A DNA stretch of 31,037 bases from Promethearchaeota archaeon. Its GTDB lineage: Archaea > Asgardarchaeota > Lokiarchaeia > Sigyniarchaeales > SOKP01. The notes under the pieces are model-generated. The model did not search any database, was not told where the DNA came from, and was given only the letters and a program-made list of their open reading frames with translations. Positions 18,528 to 27,384 of the stretch are shown here, one piece after another; position 1 is the stretch's first letter, and each line of letters starts with the position of its first letter. The translations under genes and the position numbers were made by a program. Location of the stretch: assembly GCA_004524535.1 (NCBI GenBank), contig SDNY01000037.1, positions 1 to 31,037 of the forward strand, written 5' to 3'.

Positions 18528-19823
18528 TTATTTTAAACTTTTCCTAATAATCCCCTTATTTGGATCTTGATAATAAAGCGTGTATGGAGGAATATCTTCG
18601 GCAACCAATGTTTGAGCTCCTATTATTGAATTCTCTCCTATTTTTTTTCCTGTCATAATAGATGCGTTTATTCCCGTTTTTACATTAGGACCAATGATCA
18701 TTCCTAATTTTTTTATTCCTGAATCAATGAGTTGACCTTTAATATTCATTTTAACATTTTTCTCATCTAATCTTAAATTTGCAACCTTAGTTCCTGCTCC
18801 AAGATTTACATTTTCACAGATTATACTATCTCCGATATAATTAAAATGAGGGACATTTGAATTAGAAAAAATAATCGAATTTTTTATTTCACTATTTCCC
18901 ACATGACAATTGTTTCCTATTGTGGTATTAAATCTAATAAACGCATTGGGGCCAATAGTATTATCTTCACCTATATAACATGGACCTTGAATGTAGGTTC
19001 CTGAATGGACTGTAGTTCCCTTACCAATATAAACATTACCTTCAATAATTACATTATCTTTTATATTTCCTAAAATTTTCTTTTCTATTTTATCTAAAAG
19101 ATAACTATTTGCGTCCAATAATTGCCAAGGTAATCCAATATCACTCCAGAATTTATCTTTTATAGTATAACCCACAATTTTTCCATTTAATTTATTAATT
19201 AATATATCCATAGAATCTGTAAATTCATACTCATCCCTAATGGATTTTTCAGTTTTTTCAATTGCTTTGAATATTATCGGTTTAAAAACATATATTCCAG
19301 CATTCGCCAAGTTGCCTAAATTCAGATCTGGAGAAGGTTTTTCTGTAATCTTTTCTAGAAAGCCATCAGAATTAAGGGATATTATACCATATTCTTTAGG
19401 ATTTCCAACTTCAAGTAACGAGATCAATCCTTCAGGTTTATTTTGGTTAAATTTTTGTAAAACTTCTTTAAAGATAATAGGATCAACTAATAAGTCGCCG
19501 TACATCATTAAAAATGGGTCATCCTTGATAAAATCCTTAGCATAACCAGTAGCGTGTGCTGTACCTAAATATTCGTCTTGAGTTGTATATTCAATTTTAA
19601 TATTAAATTTATCAAAACCGTTACCAAAATAATCCTTAATAATATCTTGTTTATAACCAACAATTAATAATATATCATTTATTCCGGCATCTTTTAATCC
19701 CATAATCGTGTGTTCTAATAGCGGTTTGCCAGCAAGTGGTATCATAGGTTTAGGACGAGAGGAGGTGATTGGTTTTAATCTTTTTCCTTCTCCTGCCGCT
19801 AATATAACAGCTTTCATCAACAT
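18528..19823 (-). CDS. glmU: Archaeal bifunctional sugar-1-phosphate nucleotidylyltransferase/acetyltransferase
   Basis: Motifs ILAAGEGKRLKP..RPKPM, EKP, PWQLLDAN, PHFNYIGDS and NLGAGTKVANLR. The start could be 19817 (MKAVIL). Confidence 0.92.
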   Translation of the reverse strand: MLMKAVILAAGEGKRLKPITSSRPKPMIPLAGKPLLEHTIMGLKDAGINDILLIVGYKQDIIKDYFGNGFDKFNIKIEYTTQDEYLGTAHATGYAKDFIKDDPFLMMYGDLLVDPIIFKEVLQKFNQNKPEGLISLLEVGNPKEYGIISLNSDGFLEKITEKPSPDLNLGNLANAGIYVFKPIIFKAIEKTEKSIRDEYEFTDSMDILINKLNGKIVGYTIKDKFWSDIGLPWQLLDANSYLLDKIEKKILGNIKDNVIIEGNVYIGKGTTVHSGTYIQGPCYIGEDNTIGPNAFIRFNTTIGNNCHVGNSEIKNSIIFSNSNVPHFNYIGDSIICENVNLGAGTKVANLRLDEKNVKMNIKGQLIDSGIKKLGMIIGPNVKTGINASIMTGKKIGENSIIGAQTLVAEDIPPYTLYYQDPNKGIIRKSLK

Positions 19824-19859
19824 AAGTAATTGATAATGTTTTTAAAATATAATTTATAA

Positions 19860-21356
19860 TTAATCATTCTTTTTCATATCAAATATATGGCCTTCCCAGG
19901 CATCCAAATCAACATATAAACCGTAATTATCAAGGTCTTCTCCTTTATATGTATATTTTTTCTGTGTAAGTAAATCTGTAAAAGTCCAATTATTTGATCC
20001 ATAATGCAATCCTCTAATTCGAATATGACCTTGAGTGAGATATGTCGAAAAATTAACTACTGTGAGTTGGCGTAGGTTATTAATCTCCCATATATAAGCA
20101 ATCAAATTTTCATATGAAGCATCTTTACCTACAGGTTCAACTTTGCATAGCGACCATTGAACTTTTCCTAACTCCTTTCCAGGGATGATCTTTAATAGTT
20201 TATTGTAAAAAACAATGAGCTCTGCGTTGTTCTCCTCCATTGGTCTTCTTCTTAATTGAATTGGTAATTTTATTGTATATCCTCGGGTTTGTCCTTCGTG
20301 TATTAAATGTGCTCCTGGCAGTGTAAGGATGATAATAGCCGCTGCCCTTGATTTTCTTTCTCCAAACACTTTTACTGCCCTTTGTTCATCATGATTTTCA
20401 ATAAAACGCACTAATTTACTTTGATAATCCCAGTCTGCCATTAGATGTGTTTGAATAGATCTTGCGTCGTCATGGATCAATCGTTCATATAATTTTTTAT
20501 CATAACAATAATCAAATCCTTGCTGTTGAAGTTCCCACTCCAAGTCCCAATAAACTTCTGCTATAAATTTAAAGTTAGGAGACTTTTCTTTTACCGCGGG
20601 AATTACTTCTCGCCAAAATTCTTTCTCAAGAGGCTTTCCCCCTCTTTCACCCCATGTGCGTTTAAAAACTTCATTAATTAATAACATTGCCATATCACAC
20701 CGGACACCATCGCACTGTTCAGCAATATTTAACAATGTATTTATGGTTTTTTGACGAGCTTCTTTTGAAAACGCATTAATTTGAATGGTGTCAGTCCAAG
20801 GATTTTCAAAAAAATTTGGATCGAGTCCATGAGCATAAACTTGATCACCAACACTGAAAAAATGGTAAGGTTGGGCCATTTGCTCTTCTAAAGTACCTTG
20901 AATGAAAATATCTGATTTTTCTAAGGTCCATATATGATCAACCGCAACATGATTTGGTACATAATCTAATAACAAAAGAATTCCACGGGTAGCTAATTGC
21001 TTACGAATTCTAATCAAGCCTTCTTGACCACCTAGATGGGAATCAACATGATAATAATGTACAGCATATGGAGAACCAACTACATCATCCGTATTAAAAT
21101 ATCTTAGAGCTTGACGATATTCCTCCTGCAAATCTGGATGGTCGAGAGCAATTTCCCTTCCTTTTGGACTTCTTTCCCATACACCCATAAGCCAAACAAC
21201 ATCAAATAAACTTATTTCTTTATCTAATACTTCATCAGGAACGTTCTGCAATGTAATTGGATAATTATATCGTTCTGATAAGTCGTATAGCCATGACCAA
21301 GTATTGATTTCCAATATTTTAGGATGAGATAACCATTTAGTATTTTGAAAATTCAT
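19860..21356 (-). CDS. Alpha-amylase family glycoside hydrolase (GH13)
   Basis: GH13 conserved regions DYVPNH, DGVRCDMA (nucleophile), AEVYW (acid/base) and FIENHDE. Confidence 0.92.
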   Translation of the reverse strand: MNFQNTKWLSHPKILEINTWSWLYDLSERYNYPITLQNVPDEVLDKEISLFDVVWLMGVWERSPKGREIALDHPDLQEEYRQALRYFNTDDVVGSPYAVHYYHVDSHLGGQEGLIRIRKQLATRGILLLLDYVPNHVAVDHIWTLEKSDIFIQGTLEEQMAQPYHFFSVGDQVYAHGLDPNFFENPWTDTIQINAFSKEARQKTINTLLNIAEQCDGVRCDMAMLLINEVFKRTWGERGGKPLEKEFWREVIPAVKEKSPNFKFIAEVYWDLEWELQQQGFDYCYDKKLYERLIHDDARSIQTHLMADWDYQSKLVRFIENHDEQRAVKVFGERKSRAAAIIILTLPGAHLIHEGQTRGYTIKLPIQLRRRPMEENNAELIVFYNKLLKIIPGKELGKVQWSLCKVEPVGKDASYENLIAYIWEINNLRQLTVVNFSTYLTQGHIRIRGLHYGSNNWTFTDLLTQKKYTYKGEDLDNYGLYVDLDAWEGHIFDMKKND

Positions 21357-21439
21357 TTTGTTATTTCCTTGATTGAGATAATTATTTTTTTCATAGTATA
21401 ATAAAGCATCTAGAAATAAAAACTAATACTTCTAAAGCT

Positions 21440-22840
21440 TTAGAGATCTAAGAAAGAATTTAAACTGTTATCTTGAGACTGATTATTTAAGATTGTTTTT
21501 TTTGAACTCCTCCTTTTATAATATTTTTTTGGAATATATATACCTAACTTCTTTACTAATTCTCTCCAATCAATTTTCCAACTTAATGGTATTTTTCTTT
21601 CTTTAATAGAGTTCAAATTAGCTTTTAATATTTTTATGAAGAAGCCTTTTAATTCGGTATTATATCTTTCTGCTCCTGTTATCATAGCGTGATTTCCTTT
21701 TAGGAGAAAACATAAATTATCATCATTATCGTTTTGCTTATTTCCATCTATATGATGGAAATTTATCCTAGCATTTGAATAGTCTAGTGATGTGAAAATT
21801 TCACCAGTTAATAAATCAACAAAATTAAAATCTTTATATGAATCTAAGTATCTAAAGAATGTTCTCCAACCTCGAATATCTTTGGATTTTATTTGAATTA
21901 AATTTTTGTTATCGATAATTTTTATGGTTTGAAAGAATACTTTTTTAATGCGATATTTTACACTTTCGAACTTTAAAGTGTATTCTTCATGTTTTAATTT
22001 AGTCTCCACGTAACCAAGAAGAGAGGGTGGGGGAACGAAAAATTCAATAAGTTGTCTCATATTTTTAAATTTGTTATTAGATGCTTTCATTAACCAATTG
22101 TTTATAATCGTGTGTGGATCTGTGATTTTATCATAATCCTTATCAATTTTTCTTAAATTAATTATAGTAGGATAAAATTTACCCTCTAAAATATTTTTTT
22201 TATGAAATTTAAGCAAATTTCTCAACTTATAAGTTGGAGTAAAATATCCTTTATAGTTTTTTAAACTTTTAAATTTGGTATGTTCTCTAAGCCACTGAGA
22301 GATTATGCTGGTAATATCTGATATCTTTCTAAATTCATTATTATAATTTATTAGATTTTTTGTATCGGGGATAAATTCTCCATTAATTATTTGTTGTTTT
22401 TTTCTATCTAATAGTTGTCTTAATTCATTAACTAATTCATAATTATCTTCATAATATCCTTTAACCTTTCCTAAATCCAAAATTTCAATCATTTTATTGA
22501 TTCTTATATATTCATCTTGACATTTCTTTACTCCTGCTTTCCTAATAAGTTCAGTCTTATATGGTGTATTTTCACATATTAAAAGATAAATATATATTAT
22601 CTCACGTGGAATAACAGTTCTTTCACTTATTCTTAAATCATTAAGTAAATCAGTATTATTTTCAAGAAAAGAATAGACTTTCCTTTTAAGGTAATCAAAC
22701 AATTCATTCTCTTTATGATTTAACTGATAATTTTTAATGGGATTTTTATTTTTAATTAAATATTTATAAATCTCTTTCCATACACCTATTTTTCTTTCAT
22801 ATGTGACAGTTAAACTACTGACTTTTCTATTGCCTTTCAT
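21440..22840 (-). CDS. HNH endonuclease with a large N-terminal region containing a two-copy ~66-aa repeat
   Basis: HHIDGNKQNDNDDNLCFLLKGNH (aa 362-384) fits the HH...N...H beta-beta-alpha-metal pattern; basic protein in very AT-rich DNA. Confidence 0.8.
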   Translation of the reverse strand: MKGNRKVSSLTVTYERKIGVWKEIYKYLIKNKNPIKNYQLNHKENELFDYLKRKVYSFLENNTDLLNDLRISERTVIPREIIYIYLLICENTPYKTELIRKAGVKKCQDEYIRINKMIEILDLGKVKGYYEDNYELVNELRQLLDRKKQQIINGEFIPDTKNLINYNNEFRKISDITSIISQWLREHTKFKSLKNYKGYFTPTYKLRNLLKFHKKNILEGKFYPTIINLRKIDKDYDKITDPHTIINNWLMKASNNKFKNMRQLIEFFVPPPSLLGYVETKLKHEEYTLKFESVKYRIKKVFFQTIKIIDNKNLIQIKSKDIRGWRTFFRYLDSYKDFNFVDLLTGEIFTSLDYSNARINFHHIDGNKQNDNDDNLCFLLKGNHAMITGAERYNTELKGFFIKILKANLNSIKERKIPLSWKIDWRELVKKLGIYIPKKYYKRRSSKKTILNNQSQDNSLNSFLDL

Positions 22841-23099
22841 TTCTTTAATTTTATATGTTAATTTTATTGCATATATTAAATAGATATAAATATATTAAAA
22901 AAACTGAAGTGTAGAATAAAAGTAATTTATTCTATCATATTTTTCAAAAATATATTTTAAAATGAGGAGTATTATATTCGCAATCCTATAGGAATGAAGA
23001 ATTTGAATAAAAATATTTAATGAATAGAAAGGAAATTAATTCATATCTTAAATGAATTAAAATTACTTAAGTGTGGAAAAATAATTTAAAATTAAGATA

Positions 23100-24359
23100 A
23101 TGATAGATAGTGATGATGATTTAATTGATGCTTTAGATTTAAGTCAGGAAGCAAAAAGAAAAGCATTAGCTCTTTATAAGGATTACTATATAAACAACAG
23201 ATTCAAAATACATTCTTCAGATTGTATTATTCCAGAAAATAGATTTTATAAAGTTTTAAAAGACTGTTTAATATTATCACAACAAAAAATTGAAGAACGT
23301 TCAATATCGACGAAATTTATTTTCCCAAACATAAATAAAGATGACTTGGAATGGCCAGAAGGACTTAATTTTACACCTATTAAAGAGATATCTTTTTCTT
23401 CCCTAAGTTTAACAAATTTAAAAAAATATCTAGAAATGGCAAGTGATCCAAATACATTCTTAGTGATAGGAAATGTTCCAATGAAGAATAATTTTGAAAA
23501 TGATAACATACACGAATTTATATTAAAAGGATTGTTATTTGTTGAGAAATCTTTAAGAAATTTAAAATTAAATTGTGAAAAAAAGATAAAATTAAAAGAT
23601 GATCAGGAAATAAGTAAAAATCTTAAAAGTTTATTCAATAGTGTGATTTTCAATTTAGAATCGGGAATAATTAGGATTTCTTACTTCGATGAAATGTTTA
23701 TTAAAATTGAAAAAGGTATGATTTCTTCGGTTCCACAATTAATTATAGAACCTTTTTTTATATTAGAAAAATCTACGAGATTTAATACTAATTTAAATGA
23801 TTTAGCTGGAATTGATTTTAGTAAATTCTCACAAAGAGAATTAATCAAATTTTACCATAAAATTGTTGATAAAGATATTCAAGATAAGGTTTTCCATAGA
23901 CTTAACATTGAATATTTAATTACAGAATCCCTGAAAAATTTAATCTTTAAAATAAGTGAGGCTAAACACGGAACAATATTAGTTTTTGGATTTATTGGTA
24001 ATCCAAATGACCAGAATTTATTCCAACCTGGAGCTATTAAATTGAATATACCTTACGGTAGTTCATTTTTAAAAATAAAAGAATTACATAGTAATAAAAC
24101 ATTATCTATAATTGAAATGTATGAAAATGCAATTGTGAGCTTAAGTAAAACAGATGGAGCTATGATTTTTAATCAAGATTTAGATTTAATTTTAGCAGGA
24201 GCATTTCTAAAAACCGTTTCATCCGTTACATCATCGGGAGGCGCACGAAGAAAGTCAGCAGAAGGTTTTGTAAGAGATAACGAAGGTGTAGCAGCTATTG
24301 TTATTTCTCAAGATGGAGGGATAACCTTTTTACCAAAAAATGATATAGATGCTGAATAA
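23100..24359 (+). CDS. Diadenylate cyclase (DAC/DisA_N, PF02457)-domain protein with N-terminal putative sensor domain
   Basis: HGTILV (aa 290-295), DGA (aa 352-354), GGARRKSA (aa 380-387, in the position of the G-x-R-H-x-x-A motif) and VISQDG; no TM segments. Confidence 0.82.
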   Translation: MIDSDDDLIDALDLSQEAKRKALALYKDYYINNRFKIHSSDCIIPENRFYKVLKDCLILSQQKIEERSISTKFIFPNINKDDLEWPEGLNFTPIKEISFSSLSLTNLKKYLEMASDPNTFLVIGNVPMKNNFENDNIHEFILKGLLFVEKSLRNLKLNCEKKIKLKDDQEISKNLKSLFNSVIFNLESGIIRISYFDEMFIKIEKGMISSVPQLIIEPFFILEKSTRFNTNLNDLAGIDFSKFSQRELIKFYHKIVDKDIQDKVFHRLNIEYLITESLKNLIFKISEAKHGTILVFGFIGNPNDQNLFQPGAIKLNIPYGSSFLKIKELHSNKTLSIIEMYENAIVSLSKTDGAMIFNQDLDLILAGAFLKTVSSVTSSGGARRKSAEGFVRDNEGVAAIVISQDGGITFLPKNDIDAE

Positions 24360-24415
24360 ATAATCATTTAACATTTTATGTATGAGAAACTTGAATTATA
24401 TCTAATTTCAATGAT

Positions 24416-24757
24416 TTAAGATTTTTTAAAGGACACCGATGCTTTAAACTCTCTTCCCTGAGCATGTATAATACATTTTTTCTCTTTTGGTGATAATTGA
24501 ATAACTGCTTTTTCAATACTATCCAAAGGGATTCCTTCCTTAGGTAATACTTCATGAAACCATTTATGGATTGACATATAATATCTCTCTACATCGTCCC
24601 CTTCCATATCTGGAGTCAACTTACCAGTAAGTAAATCAATTTCAATTTCAAACTCGGGAGTATAATGTTCAAAAGGATCTAGCATATATCCCTTTTCATC
24701 TCCAGTAGAGGTCCTAATAGCGTTATATGCTATAGATTTTAAACGATTGAGTTTCAT
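24416..24757 (-). CDS. Hypothetical protein, translationally coupled to maoC
   Basis: ATG lies 1 nt after the MaoC stop; GAGGTGA site at 24767-24773; globular composition. Confidence 0.75.
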   Translation of the reverse strand: MKLNRLKSIAYNAIRTSTGDEKGYMLDPFEHYTPEFEIEIDLLTGKLTPDMEGDDVERYYMSIHKWFHEVLPKEGIPLDSIEKAVIQLSPKEKKCIIHAQGREFKASVSFKKS

Positions 24758-24758
24758 A

Positions 24759-25193
24759 TTAATCCTTCACCTCTATTTGATAGGGAATACATTTGGCTTT
24801 CCCCTCACATACTTTCTCGTTGCTCTCATTAAAACATACCATAGAAAATGTAAGCCTTTTTTGCTCTTTTTCAATTTTAGTGATCTCTGCTATAGCTCTA
24901 ATTGTATCCCCAAAATATACAGGTTTTAAAAATTTAAAGGAGATTTCTTCTGCAAGACAACATGGCCCAGGAAAAAGATCGCCACCAAAATGACTTATCA
25001 TTCCGCCCACGAGTAATCCATGAACAATAGGTCGTTTAAATCGTGTATTCCTTATGAATCCGCCATCATAATGGAAAGGATTATGATCACCAATTAAATC
25101 CGCCATAATTTCTGTTTCTTTTTGAGTAAATATATGACTAAATTCAGCACTCATTCCTACTTTGATTTCATCAATAGTTCGACCTATTTTCAT
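24759..25193 (-). CDS. MaoC/PhaJ-family (R)-specific enoyl-CoA hydratase (hotdog fold)
   Basis: Hydratase motif GDHNPFH..., IVHGLL and FLKPVYFGDTI. Confidence 0.9.
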   Translation of the reverse strand: MKIGRTIDEIKVGMSAEFSHIFTQKETEIMADLIGDHNPFHYDGGFIRNTRFKRPIVHGLLVGGMISHFGGDLFPGPCCLAEEISFKFLKPVYFGDTIRAIAEITKIEKEQKRLTFSMVCFNESNEKVCEGKAKCIPYQIEVKD

Positions 25194-25378
25194 GGGTTAG
25201 AATATGAAATAAATCATAAAAATTCATCTAAAAATGATATAAAAAAGATTATAATAATTTGAAAAATAGAAAATAATATTAAGGGAAATTTAAATCCATT
25301 TTATTAAATCAATATATATATATTTCATTATTCTCATAATTATTGTAGAAAAAAAAAATAAAAGGAAACTTGTTAAAA

Positions 25379-25975
25379 ATGTCTGAAGCTGAGAAAGAAG
25401 AATTAAGAAAACTTATTATGTTAATTTCCGATCTTAGGGCAAAAGATGAAGAAAGATACGAGGCTCACGTTAATTTCATGAATGAAACAATAAAGATGAT
25501 AAGAGCAATTGAAAATCAAATGAACAAACATTGGCAAGCGGTATTAGACTCATTAAAAGAATTAAACGAGGATATAACTACAAATTTAGATTCTCTTCTC
25601 ACGGGAATCAATCCAAAAGGATTAAAGGAAACTTCCGAGTCTTTAAGAGAAATTATGGATACAATGAACAAGAGCGTTCAGTCTATGAATCTTGAAAAAG
25701 TTTTAAGCGAATTTCAAGGGTTACAATCCGGATCATATACGGCTCAACCAGCAGTATCTATTGCTCAACAAAGACCAGAACCTATTACTGCGGGGGCTGG
25801 TTTGAACGCTCCAGGCGTGGCGGCTCCTACTGGTTTAAAGGCTCCCGGAGGGGCAGGAACTACTCCGAATTATGCAGAGGCAGGAACCACCGAATGGGTT
25901 GACCCACACGAAAAGAAGAAAAAAGAAGAGGAGGAACCGCATCTGCTCAAGCCAAGTGATTTCTTCGGGAGTTAA
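25379..25975 (+). CDS. Coiled-coil protein with a low-complexity A/P/G/T linker and a short C-terminal motif
   Basis: Helical heptads over aa ~5-117, a disordered linker, and the ending KKKKEEEEPHLLKPSDFFGS. The ATG at 25379 is preferred over the TTG at 25370. Confidence 0.8.
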   Translation: MSEAEKEELRKLIMLISDLRAKDEERYEAHVNFMNETIKMIRAIENQMNKHWQAVLDSLKELNEDITTNLDSLLTGINPKGLKETSESLREIMDTMNKSVQSMNLEKVLSEFQGLQSGSYTAQPAVSIAQQRPEPITAGAGLNAPGVAAPTGLKAPGGAGTTPNYAEAGTTEWVDPHEKKKKEEEEPHLLKPSDFFGS

Positions 25976-26028
25976 TTTTATTTTTTAATATTTAAAATGA
26001 ATTTAAGATTGGAATTAGTTTAATTATT

Positions 26029-27381
26029 CTATTTAAACATTTCCATAAATGCTCCTAACCGAGTTTTAACTTGTTCTACATTTTCACCTATTTTATTAAA
26101 AGTTAATGCAGTTGAGGGTATTTCCTCCCTTCTTAATTTATCTCTAAGAAGTTTATAGCAATTAGAGATGCTATGACATCCAAATAACTGAAAAAAAATA
26201 AGACCATCAACATTTAACTTTTTTGCTAAGTTTAAATAGGAGTCAGTTAATGTATCATTATCGCATCCCATTTTATTTGAACTGATATTCATAATAAAAC
26301 GAGCATATTCTTCAATAGGATTAGAATTATTTGACACATTTATATTTTCAAGGAAGCCTAACAACTCCCAATCAGCGTATAAACTACGCCCGCCTAATTC
26401 ATATATGATCTCGTGACTTTTAGGTTCCCAGCCACCAAATATTGGTGTTATTAGAATTCGTGGCATTTTAGAGCACTCCATTCCAATTCCTTTTCTTATC
26501 CGTTCTTTCATTTCATTTACTAAAGATGACATGTTTTCAGCATATCTTTTCACATTCGAGTTGTAATCATGAAAAGAAATGGTGAGTAAAGCTAGGATCT
26601 CTGCGAACGTTGCAGGATTGGATGGGTAAAAATCTGATGCCCCAATTTCGTGAATTATTGTTTTATAATGCTGACAAATTTGATTTCTTAAAGTGAAATG
26701 TTCTCTTAATCTATTATCAGTACAGGTAATACCAGTGATATCTTCAAGTTCGTTAATAGCTTTTGAAAAATTATTCGTGAGGATCTCTAATGAATTCCCA
26801 ATATTTCTTGGTGGCACATCAATCCATATATTCTTCGCAGGATTCTTAATTGTTTTTAGTGATTCTAGATATTTATTCCAAGCGCTGCACCGAATTGTAA
26901 AATTCAAATTCGCCTCAACATTTTTACCTTTCGCAACATACATTCCATATAGACTTTTAATTCCGTAACAAAAATCAGTCGGAATCCCGCTCTCTACGCC
27001 CAAATCATACATTTGATTATATTTTTTATTGATTGTGTCGATAACATCATCTATAATATCATCAATTGTTTTGTTAATACTTTTGAATTCCAGTTTTTTT
27101 AAAAATCCCAAAACATTCGTTATACTTTTCCATCCAAATATACTTGAAAATGATCCTAAGGCTAATAGATATTTATTTATCTCAAAAATCTGCATTCGAA
27201 CTGGAAAAACTGAAATTGCACCGCAAGCATACGCTAAATCTGAAAAGGGAAGAGCAACCGCAATTAGTTTTTTCTTTTCTCTGAATTTTTTTCTTTTTAG
27301 ATAAGAGTTGCCTACTAACAAATTATAAGCCATTTTTAGCATAGAAGTAAAAGTTACCACATCATCCGCAAATACACTCAT
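26029..27381 (-). CDS. 2-hydroxyacyl-CoA dehydratase subunit (HgdA/B, FldB/C family)
   Basis: Fe-S ligand pattern DFCYGIK / RCSAW / FGCH, plus WIDVP and C-terminal EQVKTRLGAFMEM. Confidence 0.85.
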   Translation of the reverse strand: MSVFADDVVTFTSMLKMAYNLLVGNSYLKRKKFREKKKLIAVALPFSDLAYACGAISVFPVRMQIFEINKYLLALGSFSSIFGWKSITNVLGFLKKLEFKSINKTIDDIIDDVIDTINKKYNQMYDLGVESGIPTDFCYGIKSLYGMYVAKGKNVEANLNFTIRCSAWNKYLESLKTIKNPAKNIWIDVPPRNIGNSLEILTNNFSKAINELEDITGITCTDNRLREHFTLRNQICQHYKTIIHEIGASDFYPSNPATFAEILALLTISFHDYNSNVKRYAENMSSLVNEMKERIRKGIGMECSKMPRILITPIFGGWEPKSHEIIYELGGRSLYADWELLGFLENINVSNNSNPIEEYARFIMNISSNKMGCDNDTLTDSYLNLAKKLNVDGLIFFQLFGCHSISNCYKLLRDKLRREEIPSTALTFNKIGENVEQVKTRLGAFMEMFK

Positions 27382-27384
27382 TTT

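Noticed and set aside
21440-22840. Cas9/IscB-type RNA-guided HNH nuclease
   Set aside because: No RuvC motifs, PLMP motif or bridge helix, and no adjacent repeat array or GC-rich ncRNA-like region in the flanks.
21357-24415. IS element, transposon or integrated virus as the identity of the AT-rich insert
   Set aside because: No transposase, integrase, terminal inverted repeats, target-site duplication or adjacent tRNA was detected by eye.
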